The notes under the pieces were generated by a model that ran no database searches, was not told the origin of the DNA, and saw nothing but the letters and a program-made list of their open reading frames with translations. Below are positions 1-8,573 of a DNA stretch of 64,000 bases, piece after piece (the stretch's first letter is position 1; each line of letters opens with the position of its first letter). The stretch is taken from NCBI GenBank assembly GCA_965205975.1, contig OZ242195.1, forward strand, positions 3,968,001-4,032,000, in the 5' to 3' direction. The translations under genes and the position numbers were made by a program. The stretch comes from Candidatus Latescibacterota bacterium. GTDB taxonomy: Bacteria; Latescibacterota; UBA2968.

Positions 1-1
1 A

Positions 2-862
2 TCGCAATACGAAATCAAAAAGTACGTTGACATCAACACCGGTGGCACCGCAAACCTGCTCGACATCCTCGTCAACGACAAACACAACATAGAAAAACTC
101 ATCGTCGCAGCCTCGCAAACCAGCTATGGCGAGGGCCGCTACACCTGTGCAGAACACGGCACACAACACCCGGGTCCCCGGCCAGAAAACCAGCTAAAAA
201 GAGCCAACTGGGAACACAGGTGTCCCCTGTGCAACCAGAACATGCACCCGGCACCTGTACCCGAAAACACCGCACGCTTATGCCACACCATCTACGCACA
301 AACCAAAACGCATCAAGAAGACATGGTCCTCAACATCTGCCGCGCCTACAAAATCCCCTCAATAGCCCTGCGCTACTTCAACATCTTTGGACCCCGGCAA
401 TCGCTCTCCAATCCCTATACGGGTGTCACTGCCATCTTCATGAGCCGCCTCAAAAACAACAAACGACCCGTCATCTACGAAGACGGCAAACAATCGCGCG
501 ACTTCATCTCCGTCCACGACATCGTAAGGGCCAACATCCTCGCCATGGAAAAATCCGAAGGAGATTATCAGGCCTTCAACGTCGGCAGCGGAATCGGCAC
601 ATCCATCGAACACATCGCCCTGACCCTGTCCAACATCCTGGGCACGGAACACCTCGCGCCCGACATCCCCGGCACCTATCGCCAGGGCGACACCCGCCAC
701 AGCATTGCCGACATCTCGCGCATAAAAAAAACACTGGGCTTTGTGCCCAGTGTCAGTTTTCAACACGGCATGGAAGAACTCGTCGAATGGGGACGAAACC
801 GCGAAGCCATAGATGGCTTTGCAAAAGCGCAAGACGCACTACAGCAAAGAGGTCTCATTTAA
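2..862 (+). CDS. NAD-dependent epimerase/dehydratase (extended SDR), 5'-truncated by the window edge
   Basis: Frame is open from base 2 (SQYEIKKYVDINTGGTANLLD...). Contains YAQTK (YxxxK), LRYFNIFGP and DGKQSRDF. Confidence 0.9.
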   Translation, partial: SQYEIKKYVDINTGGTANLLDILVNDKHNIEKLIVAASQTSYGEGRYTCAEHGTQHPGPRPENQLKRANWEHRCPLCNQNMHPAPVPENTARLCHTIYAQTKTHQEDMVLNICRAYKIPSIALRYFNIFGPRQSLSNPYTGVTAIFMSRLKNNKRPVIYEDGKQSRDFISVHDIVRANILAMEKSEGDYQAFNVGSGIGTSIEHIALTLSNILGTEHLAPDIPGTYRQGDTRHSIADISRIKKTLGFVPSVSFQHGMEELVEWGRNREAIDGFAKAQDALQQRGLI

Positions 863-1020
863 GCCAGAACAAATTCACGAGTGGAAACCCGTTCCCGTGT
901 CTCGTGATCCCAGCGCAGCATTGACCGAATTTTTTCAGACCGGTCAACATCACCGTGAATCGCATAAAACAGCGCGCGATACGCCATTTGGTCGCGTTTT
1001 TCCAGATCGATGCACATCAT
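859..1020 (-). CDS. Small hypothetical protein, 53 aa (MMCIDLEKRDQMAYRALFYAIHG...REFVLA)
   Basis: Translated by hand. AAGGAG Shine-Dalgarno 7 nt upstream of the ATG; the stop overlaps the stop of the convergent epimerase. Confidence 0.55.
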   Translation of the reverse strand: MMCIDLEKRDQMAYRALFYAIHGDVDRSEKIRSMLRWDHETRERVSTREFVLA

Positions 1021-1269
1021 GTCATATCTCCTTCTATGGGTGACAGTATTTCGGTATCTTCAGGTATCTTTATCTAAAGCAAATCCCGTGCCACTTTTAC
1101 TATTTTTTATAATATTTTATTTAATACCTGATTTTACAGAACTTATCTCGAAACGTTCATATCTAACTAAAAAATTCATGTGGCAAAAATGGAACATTAT
1201 GGTCAAAATGACCACCTGTAACCCAACAAATTGGCACATTTTTTCTATTCTCTTCAGGAGTAATCCTTC

Positions 1270-2559
1270 ATGCTCGACATCAACCTCATTCGCAAAAACC
1301 CCGAATACGTCATCCAGGCATTGAAAAAACGCATGGACGACATCGACTTCACAGACCTGCTCGTCTGGGACGAAAAACGCCGCGCGCACATCGCAGAAGC
1401 CGGGCAACTCCGCGCAAAGCGCAACAGCGTCTCCGCCCAAATCCCCCAGATAAAAAAAGCGGGTGGAGACATCGCCCAGATACAAACGGAAATGCGCGAC
1501 GTCTCGACCCGCATCAAAACCATTGAAACCGAACTCGCGGAAATCGAGCAAAACATCCATACATTTATCGAAAGCCTCCCAAACATACCCGCAGACGACG
1601 TACCCCCCGGAGACAAAGAAAACAACCGCGTCGTACGCACATGGGGCGAAAAACCCGAACCCGACTTTGACCCCCAGGACCACGTCGAACTCGTCACCCA
1701 CCTTCGCCTGATCGACTACGAACGCGGCGTCAAAATGGGAGGAACCGGCTTCTGGATCTATATCGGCGACGGCGCACGCCTCGAATGGGCCTTGCTCAAC
1801 TACTTCATCGACAGCCACATCAACGACGGCTACGAATTTGTACTGCCCCCACACATCCTCAACGAAGCCTGTGGCTTTACCGCCGGACAATTCCCAAAAT
1901 TTGCCGACGACGTATTCCACCTCAAAACCGGCGACGACAAAGTGCAATTCCTCTTGCCCACCTCAGAAACCGCCTTAATCAACCTCTACCGGGACGAAAT
2001 CATCCCCGAACAAGACCTGCCCAAAAAATTCTTCTCCTACACCCCCTGTTATCGCAAAGAAGCCGGCAGTTATCGGGCACAGGAAAGGGGCATGATTCGC
2101 GGTCACCAATTCAACAAAATCGAAATGTTCCAATTCACCCGCCCCGAAGACTCCGAAGACGCGCTCGAAGAACTCATCCACAAAGCCGAAAAACTCACCC
2201 GGGACCTGGGCCTGCATCACCGCGTCTCCATGCTCGCCGCAAAAGACGTCAGCGCATCCATGGCCAAAACTTATGACATCGAAGTCTGGATCCCGAGCAT
2301 GAACGAATACAAAGAAGTCAGTTCCGCCTCCAATGCCAGCGACTATCAGGCCAGACGCGGCAGCATCCGATTCAAACGCGCAGAAACCGGCAAAAACGAA
2401 CTCGTACACACCCTCAACGCCTCGGGCCTGGCGACCAGCCGCATCATCCCCGCAATCGTCGAACAAAATCAAAACAGTGACGGCAGCGTCACCATCCCCG
2501 AAATCCTGCGCCCCTATCTGGGGGGAAAAGAAATTTTTGAACCCGTCCTATCCACATAA
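1270..2559 (+). CDS. serS: Serine--tRNA ligase
   Basis: N-terminal coiled coil plus LPTSET, YRKEAGS, RGHQFNKIE, EVSSASN and TLNASGLA motifs. Confidence 0.98.
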   Translation: MLDINLIRKNPEYVIQALKKRMDDIDFTDLLVWDEKRRAHIAEAGQLRAKRNSVSAQIPQIKKAGGDIAQIQTEMRDVSTRIKTIETELAEIEQNIHTFIESLPNIPADDVPPGDKENNRVVRTWGEKPEPDFDPQDHVELVTHLRLIDYERGVKMGGTGFWIYIGDGARLEWALLNYFIDSHINDGYEFVLPPHILNEACGFTAGQFPKFADDVFHLKTGDDKVQFLLPTSETALINLYRDEIIPEQDLPKKFFSYTPCYRKEAGSYRAQERGMIRGHQFNKIEMFQFTRPEDSEDALEELIHKAEKLTRDLGLHHRVSMLAAKDVSASMAKTYDIEVWIPSMNEYKEVSSASNASDYQARRGSIRFKRAETGKNELVHTLNASGLATSRIIPAIVEQNQNSDGSVTIPEILRPYLGGKEIFEPVLST

Positions 2560-2561
2560 AC

Positions 2562-2602
2562 AAAGCCCGCCGGAAAAACCGACGGTTTATTATTCTGGTA
2601 GC
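2562..2602 (-). repeat. Copy of tRNA-Met 3' end (GCTACCA) plus terminator hairpin, copy 3
   Basis: aaagcccgccggaaaaaccgacggttt...tggtagc; matches 3071-3110 and 3721-3767. Confidence 0.8.
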
Positions 2603-2616
2603 CCAACTGATCCACT

Positions 2617-3038
2617 ATGCAAAAAATGCTTAAAGGCTTGCATAAAAATGGAGTAACGCCAGTGTTTTCATTTTTCAAGCACATCATCTTTTTTTTCTCG
2701 GTGTGCTTTTTCTTTTTTAATTCTGTAACGTATGTACAGGCGCAGAACAATAATACGCCTAATCTTACGATACAAGAGTTAGTTATACGCCGCCTGGACA
2801 GCCTATAGGTGATCCCATTTCAGCGAGGAGTGCCGAAGGTGAAACTCTCATGTATAGCCTGTGGGGTGTGGATGCCGAGTATTTTGCGATTGATGCGAAC
2901 ACAGGCCAGCTTGAGACGAAAGCGGCGCATAATTACGAGGCCCGGAACTGGTATTCTCCCATCGTGCGGGTCGGTGATGGCAAGGGTGGACAGGTGAGTG
3001 TGGTGGTAGGTGTTGCTATCATTGATGTTGTCGAATAG
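2617..3038 (+). pseudogene. Frameshifted secreted cadherin-repeat protein fragment
   Basis: Signal-peptide-like segment ending VQAQNN in one frame. Cadherin repeat YTPPGQPIGDPISARSAEGETLMYSLWGVDAEYFAIDANTGQLETK... in another frame, preceded by a stop at 2760. Confidence 0.7.
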
Positions 3039-3070
3039 ACACAGCAGGATATAGCAGGTAGAGTACAAAC

Positions 3071-3110
3071 AAAAGCCTCGCCGGAAAAACCGACAGGCTT
3101 TTTAGGTAGC
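3071..3110 (-). repeat. Copy of tRNA-Met 3' end (GCTACC) plus terminator hairpin, copy 2
   Basis: aaaagcctcgccggaaaaaccgacaggctttttaggtagc. Confidence 0.8.
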
Positions 3111-3124
3111 AATGTGGCCTATTG

Positions 3125-3385
3125 CTAAATCATTTCAAACGCTAACTTTGGGCGATAGCCAAGAGCTTCCAACATTGACCTGGCCTCTTCCCACGTCAAG
3201 CCGAAAGCAGCAACATCTGACACGCCCAACCTTGCAACAATATCTCGCATCAAAACCAAATTATCGGCCTCAAACTCGCCTTCCATCATCACATCCTCTG
3301 CCCAGGACACAAGCGATTCAAGGGCGATTTGTCCATTCAGATAACGTTTTAGATGATCAGCTAACACATCGCGCGTAATTTTCAT
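3125..3385 (-). CDS. Small acidic hypothetical protein (partner or antitoxin-like)
   Basis: 86 aa; start overlaps the upstream stop (ATGA). Confidence 0.7.
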   Translation of the reverse strand: MKITRDVLADHLKRYLNGQIALESLVSWAEDVMMEGEFEADNLVLMRDIVARLGVSDVAAFGLTWEEARSMLEALGYRPKLAFEMI

Positions 3386-3639
3386 GGTCTATCCTCTAAA
3401 CGTTGATGTCCCGTATCTTCCGGAAACTTTTGATGAATTTCAACCAGCTTTCCATGTTCATCATAAATTTCCTGCCAAAAACGTACCGTTTCCTCTTCCA
3501 CATTCACATCTTTGATATATCGAGCTTTCCAACCACCCCTTCGACTTAAAACTTCATAAAAATAACGCCGCCCACCGTCTGGCAACGATTCCCACTGACC
3601 AAACTTGCGTTCATTTTCCCGTCGCTTTCGTTCATTCAT
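3382..3639 (-). CDS. Small hypothetical protein (toxin-like member of a two-gene cassette)
   Basis: Likely start MNERK; translationally coupled to 3125..3385. Confidence 0.65.
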   Translation of the reverse strand: MNERKRRENERKFGQWESLPDGGRRYFYEVLSRRGGWKARYIKDVNVEEETVRFWQEIYDEHGKLVEIHQKFPEDTGHQRLEDRP

Positions 3640-3720
3640 AAAAAGAATATGGTCTAAAAATGTCAACTAATCAAGCCAATAAGTAGGATACCCCTGGTTG
3701 GATGAACAGGCTTTTATACC

Positions 3721-3750
3721 AAAAACCCGCCGGAAAAACCGACGGGCTTT
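3721..3750 (-). terminator. Intrinsic terminator of tRNA-Met (repeat copy 1)
   Basis: On the minus strand, gcccgtcgg-ttttt-ccggcgggt followed by a T run. Confidence 0.8.
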
Positions 3751-3763
3751 CTTATTATTGTAG

Positions 3764-3836
3764 TAGCGGCAGAGGGACTCGAACCCCCGACCCATGGATT
3801 ATGATTCCACTGCTCTACCAGCTGAGCTATGCCGCC
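3764..3836 (-). tRNA. tRNA-Met(CAT), probably elongator; CCA not encoded (reads CTA)
   Basis: GGCGGCATAGCTCAGCTGGTAGAGCAGTGGAATCATAATCCATGGGTCGGGGGTTCGAGTCCCTCTGCCGCTA; cloverleaf with CAT anticodon and a paired first base. Confidence 0.93.
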
Positions 3837-4093
3837 ACATAATATCAGAGCGAGAAAAATACAGGAAAACCCGCATAGTGTCAAGCATTGGGAAAACAAG
3901 CTATCAGCGGTCAGCGGTCAGTCCCGCCCTGCCACCACCCAATGGATCGCGGCTTACACCTTGCAGCGATGACGGTGTTCCTCTGTGAACTGGTCTGCAA
4001 CCTATCCCCCTTACCACGCATCAAACCTCAAAACCATTGACAACCACCTCAATATAAGGTATTCATGGAATAATATATACATGGAGGCCCTTA

Positions 4094-5431
4094 TTGATGA
4101 AACCCGTATTCACATTCCTCGTACTCCTTCTGGGACTCGGTTTGCCCACCCGGGCAGAAGAAGTACACGTCGCCAAAATCAACGGCACCATTGAAGGTGG
4201 CGTTGCAGCTTTTGTCACGCGCGTCATGAGCGACGCAGAAGACGCGGGCGTCAAAGCCGTCATCTTCGAAATCGACACCCCCGGTGGTGCCCTCGATGCC
4301 GCGCTCACCATCCGGGACGCCATCCTCTACAGCGAGACCAAAACCATCGCCTTCATCAACCCCCGCGCAATATCTGCAGGTGCTCTCATCTCTCTCTCTG
4401 CCGACCACATCATCATGGTCGAAGGCGGCACCATTGGCGCGGCCACAGCCGTTGATATGCAGGGCAACAAAGCCAGCGAAAAAATCATCTCGTACTTCCG
4501 CAACGAAATGAAAGCCACAGCCGAAAAAACCGGGCGCTCCCCCAAACTGGCCGAAGCCATGGTCGATGAAGACGTCGATATCGAGGGCCTGGCGCCCAAA
4601 GGCAAGCTCCTCACCCTCACCACTGAAGAAGCCATTGAACAAAACATCGCCGACCACAAAATCTCCGAAAAAAACGAATCGGAAAAACTCATCGCCGTAC
4701 TCAAATACTACGACCTCGTGCAAGCCAGCGTCATCCACCAATCGACCAACTGGGCCGAACAAGTCGTGCGCTATCTCACCAACCCCTACCTGGCGTCGCT
4801 GCTCATGACCCTGGGATTTCTGGGCCTGATCTTCGAAATCCAGAGCCCGGGCTGGGGCATCGGCGGCACCATCGGCTTAGTCTGCCTGGGACTCTTTTTC
4901 GGCAGCCACCTGCTCGTCAACCTCGCTGACTGGTCTGAAATCCTCATCTTCCTGATCGGCATCGCGCTCATCCTCCTCGACCTGTTCTTTGTCATGGGCT
5001 TTGGCCTGCTCGCCATTCCCGGCGCAATCCTGATCTTAACCAGTTTGTTCTTAAGCCTCATGGGGCGCTATGACCTCTGGACCTGGAACGACATCAACGC
5101 CGCGCTCACCCCCTTGCTCCTCTCTGTGATCCTCACCGGTGTCCTGGCCATTCTCATTTTGCGTTCCCTCCCAAAATCCAAAATGTGGAACCGCCTCGTA
5201 CTCGACACCGAAGAAAAATCCTCCGAAGGATATGTCGCGGCACCCTACAGCGACCTCTTAGGCACATCGGGTATCGCATTTACAGACCTGCGCCCCGGCG
5301 GCACCGGCGTATTTGACGGTCGCCGCATCAGCGTATCGACCGAAGGCGAATACTTAACCAAAGACACACCCGTCACAATCATCGAAATCGAAGGCAGTCG
5401 CGTCATTGTGCGAAAAATAGAAGACACATAA
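4094..5431 (+). CDS. nfeD: NfeD-family membrane-bound ClpP-class protease (long form)
   Basis: IDTPGG and AISAGALI motifs, hydrophobic core, C-terminal OB-fold TDLRPGG. Confidence 0.92.
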   Translation: MMKPVFTFLVLLLGLGLPTRAEEVHVAKINGTIEGGVAAFVTRVMSDAEDAGVKAVIFEIDTPGGALDAALTIRDAILYSETKTIAFINPRAISAGALISLSADHIIMVEGGTIGAATAVDMQGNKASEKIISYFRNEMKATAEKTGRSPKLAEAMVDEDVDIEGLAPKGKLLTLTTEEAIEQNIADHKISEKNESEKLIAVLKYYDLVQASVIHQSTNWAEQVVRYLTNPYLASLLMTLGFLGLIFEIQSPGWGIGGTIGLVCLGLFFGSHLLVNLADWSEILIFLIGIALILLDLFFVMGFGLLAIPGAILILTSLFLSLMGRYDLWTWNDINAALTPLLLSVILTGVLAILILRSLPKSKMWNRLVLDTEEKSSEGYVAAPYSDLLGTSGIAFTDLRPGGTGVFDGRRISVSTEGEYLTKDTPVTIIEIEGSRVIVRKIEDT

Positions 5432-5458
5432 GACCGACCATTTTTTAAGGAGCTTTTC

Positions 5459-6442
5459 ATGGACGCCATTTTTCTCCTCCTCATTGTTGTAGCCGTTATT
5501 CTGGGGCTCTCCCTCTTCTTATACTTCATCCCCGTTGGCCTCTGGATCTCCGCCCTTGCCGCGCGCGTGCGCATCGGCATTATCGAACTCATCGGCATGC
5601 GCCTGCGTCGCGTGCCCCCGCGCATCATCCTCGGCTCGCAAATCAACGCAACCAAAGCGGGTCTCGACATACCCACTGCATTTCTCGAAGCCCACTACCT
5701 CGCCGGGGGTCATGTCGAAAACGTCGTCAACGCCCTCATCGCCGCAGACAAAGCCGGCATTGGACTGACCGGCGAACGCGCCGCCGCCATCGACCTTGCC
5801 GGGCGCGACGTCCTCGAAGCCGTACAGGTCAGCGTCAACCCCAAAGTCATCTCCACCCCCATGGTCACCGCCGTTGCCAAAGACGGCATACAGGTCAAAG
5901 CCACCTCTCGCGTCACGGTTCGCGCCAACATAGAACGCCTCGTTGGTGGCGCAGGTGAAGAAACCATCATGGCCCGCGTGGGCGAAGGCATCGTCACCAC
6001 CATCGGCTCCTCGGAAACCCACAAAGACGTACTCGAAAATCCCGACATGATCTCCAAAACCGTACTCGACAAGGGCCTCGACTCGGGCACCGCCTACGAA
6101 ATTCTCTCCATCGACATCGCCGACGTCGATGTGGGCGACAACATCGGTGCAAAACTCCAGACAGACCAGGCTGAAGCCGACAAAAACATCGCACAGGCAC
6201 GCGCCGAAGAACGCAGAGCAATGGCCGTTGCACTAGAACAAGAAATGGCAGCCCGCGTCGAAGAAATGCGCGCCCGCGTCGTCGAAGCCGAAGCCGAAGT
6301 ACCCCTCGCAATGTCCGACGCATTTCGCAGTGGCAACATGGGCATTATGGACTACTACCGCATGCGCAACATCGAAGCCGACACACAAATGCGCGAAGGC
6401 ATCGCTGGTGAAACCGAAGAAGACGAAGACAACAACCAATAA
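5459..6442 (+). CDS. floA: Flotillin-like protein FloA (YqfA family)
   Basis: [20 protein letters not shown] and GNMGIMDYY motifs; follows nfeD. Confidence 0.95.
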   Translation: MDAIFLLLIVVAVILGLSLFLYFIPVGLWISALAARVRIGIIELIGMRLRRVPPRIILGSQINATKAGLDIPTAFLEAHYLAGGHVENVVNALIAADKAGIGLTGERAAAIDLAGRDVLEAVQVSVNPKVISTPMVTAVAKDGIQVKATSRVTVRANIERLVGGAGEETIMARVGEGIVTTIGSSETHKDVLENPDMISKTVLDKGLDSGTAYEILSIDIADVDVGDNIGAKLQTDQAEADKNIAQARAEERRAMAVALEQEMAARVEEMRARVVEAEAEVPLAMSDAFRSGNMGIMDYYRMRNIEADTQMREGIAGETEEDEDNNQ

Positions 6443-6541
6443 AGGGACGGCACAGGGCCTGCCCCGTAATGTCTCTATACGGGGACCGTCCCCTACGATG
6501 ATATTGTGACTTGTACGGGCGACCCTTGTGGTCGCCCGTAC
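6443..6541. repeat. Pair of GTAG-type REP-like palindromes; the first carries a nested 27-bp insert
   Basis: agggacggcacaggg[insert]accgtcccctac and gtacgggcgacccttgtggtcgcccgtac. Related hairpins at about 33146-33172, 34444-34468, 36439-36461 and 59351-59374. Confidence 0.7.
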
Positions 6542-6570
6542 CATAACCCCATAACAAATGGTCTTACATC

Positions 6571-7137
6571 ATGGAACTTGAAGTACTCTTACCGCTAATC
6601 GTGTTTCTCTTCTTCAGCCTTATCGCGCCGCTCATAAAAAGGCTGCGGGGGACCAGAGAACCCGACGAAACCAAACTCCAGCGCAGGCAAACGTCCCGCG
6701 ACGCAGGTGCCGACGACCCCTTTGAAGAGGAGTTTGACCTCTCTGAATGGGAAGTCATCTTCGGACCTCCCGAACCTGAACCCGAACCAAAACCCCCTTC
6801 GGAATTTCAGGAGGTACAGGGCAAGCGTCCCGTCTCTGAAGCAGACACCGGACCAGAGTTTCGGGAAGTTGAAGGCAAGCGTCCCGTTTCCGAAGCAGAC
6901 ACCGGACCGGAATTTCAAGAGGTTGAAGGCAAGCGTCCGGTCTCTGACAAATCGTCTTACATCGAAGGCAAAACCCTATTTACACGCGCATCTGAAACCG
7001 AAATACTCCTGCGCCCCAAACGCAAAAAACGACGCATAAAACTCGATTTTGAACCCAACACCATCCGCAAAGCCATCATCTACAACGAAATCATCGGACC
7101 GCCACGCGCAGAAACTGATCACTTCAAAAACCCTTGA
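6571..7137 (+). CDS. Membrane-anchored protein in the YqfB position, with 18-aa internal repeats
   Basis: N-terminal transmembrane helix; about three EF(Q/R)EV(Q/E)GKRPVSEADTGP repeats; C-terminal AIIYNEIIGPPRA. Confidence 0.75.
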   Translation: MELEVLLPLIVFLFFSLIAPLIKRLRGTREPDETKLQRRQTSRDAGADDPFEEEFDLSEWEVIFGPPEPEPEPKPPSEFQEVQGKRPVSEADTGPEFREVEGKRPVSEADTGPEFQEVEGKRPVSDKSSYIEGKTLFTRASETEILLRPKRKKRRIKLDFEPNTIRKAIIYNEIIGPPRAETDHFKNP

Positions 7138-7181
7138 CACGCAATCCCGCGTTTGGGATATTGTTGGCCACGGCTACAAGT

Positions 7182-7268
7182 GCCGAAGTGGTGGAATTGG
7201 TAGACGCGCTGGACTCAAAATCCAGTGGCCGCAAGGCCGTGTGGGTTCGAGTCCCACCTTCGGCACCA
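7182..7268 (+). tRNA. tRNA-Leu(CAA)
   Basis: GCCGAAGTGGTGGAATTGGTAGACGCG...CTCAAAA...GGTTCGAGTCCCACCTTCGGCACCA with a long variable arm; TTGACA at 7134. Confidence 0.97.
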
Positions 7269-7279
7269 TAAAAACACAA

Positions 7280-7313
7280 GGGCTTACGTCGGAATGGCGT
7301 AAGCCCATTTTTT
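7280..7313 (+). terminator. Intrinsic terminator after tRNA-Leu
   Basis: gggcttacg...cgtaagccc followed by a T tract. Confidence 0.8.
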
Positions 7314-7457
7314 AATTCAAATGCAACCACAGATGAACACAGATGAACACAGAGTAAACGGCTCACAGGTAGCGATCAGCTAACTGCTCGTATCGAGGCT
7401 GTGCCTGTGCTGAAGTGACTGTATTCAGTAATGCCTCTCTTACAGGTCTAAATAGCC

Positions 7458-8435
7458 ATGCCAGACAACAAACAAATCGTCCGCCAACTGGACATCCTCC
7501 GCACACTCCTCGCCCAGACTTATGGTGTGTCTTATCGAAAACTCGCCGACGAATCAGGCGTTGACAAGCGCACCATACAACGGGATCTCGATGATCTCCG
7601 AGAAGTGGGTTTCATCATCGACGAAGAAAAGCGAGAATATGGGAAAAAATTCTTTAAACTCGTCAAAAACAACTTACCACCCCTGAACTTTCCCACCGAC
7701 GAAATCATCGCCTTGACCTTCATTGAAGGAATCATCAGTCCGCTTGAGGACACGCCATACAAAGAAGCATTTCAGAAAACCCTGAACAGAATCAGAACAA
7801 CGCTCCCAGAGCCGATGCAAGCATTTTTGGAAGAAGCAGGCGCGGCTTATTATCCCCATCATCGCGGACAAAAAGCACTGATATCTCCCCAAATATTCGA
7901 AACCGCTCATCGCGCAATCGACGAACGCAAAGTGTGCAACATCACCTATCGCGCCATCACAACCGGAGAAACCAAAACCTATCCCATCACACCTTTTAGA
8001 TTATTGTACTATCACAACGGCTATTATCTACTCTGTCGCAATCCAAATTACGACGACTTACTCACACTCGCGGTAGAACGCATTCAGCACCTTGAAATCA
8101 CATCCCAAACCTTTGAGCCACCCGATGATCTGGACATCGAAAACCGCATCCAACAGGCATTCGGTATCACACTCGAAGACCCCATAGATGTCAAAGTCCG
8201 CTTCTCCGCCTGGCAAGCCCGCTACATCCAACAGCGGATCTGGCACCCCTCAGAAAAAATAGAAGAACTGGACACCGGCGAAATAATCCTCTCCTTTCAA
8301 GCCAGCGGTTCTTACGAAATAAAATCCTGGATACTGAGCCATGGCGCAGATGCAGAAGTCCTCGAACCAGCCTCCCTGCGCCAAGAAATAATCGAGGAAC
8401 TCCAAAAAAATCTGACTTTTTACAAAAAAACCTGA
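7458..8435 (+). CDS. HTH-WYL-WCX transcriptional regulator
   Basis: HTH (GVDKRTIQRDLDDL), WYL domain (ITPFRLLYYHNGYYL...AVERI) and WCX (WILSHGADAEVLEP). Confidence 0.93.
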   Translation: MPDNKQIVRQLDILRTLLAQTYGVSYRKLADESGVDKRTIQRDLDDLREVGFIIDEEKREYGKKFFKLVKNNLPPLNFPTDEIIALTFIEGIISPLEDTPYKEAFQKTLNRIRTTLPEPMQAFLEEAGAAYYPHHRGQKALISPQIFETAHRAIDERKVCNITYRAITTGETKTYPITPFRLLYYHNGYYLLCRNPNYDDLLTLAVERIQHLEITSQTFEPPDDLDIENRIQQAFGITLEDPIDVKVRFSAWQARYIQQRIWHPSEKIEELDTGEIILSFQASGSYEIKSWILSHGADAEVLEPASLRQEIIEELQKNLTFYKKT

Positions 8436-8440
8436 CCACC

Positions 8441-8474
8441 TGCGACATACCCTGTCATACCTCTTATTTATCTT
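8441..8474 (+). promoter_or_regulatory. Putative WYL-regulator site and promoter of the AAA gene
   Basis: TGCGACA-N5-TGTCATA inverted repeat; TGTCAT-N10-TATCTT. Confidence 0.6.
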
Positions 8475-8573
8475 TGAGACGCATTGCAATGAATGCGTCT
8501 CTTTTTTTTAAAAAATCATAACTCCGACGACAAATCAGATCCCGACACACAACATAAGGAGATAAAATACACC

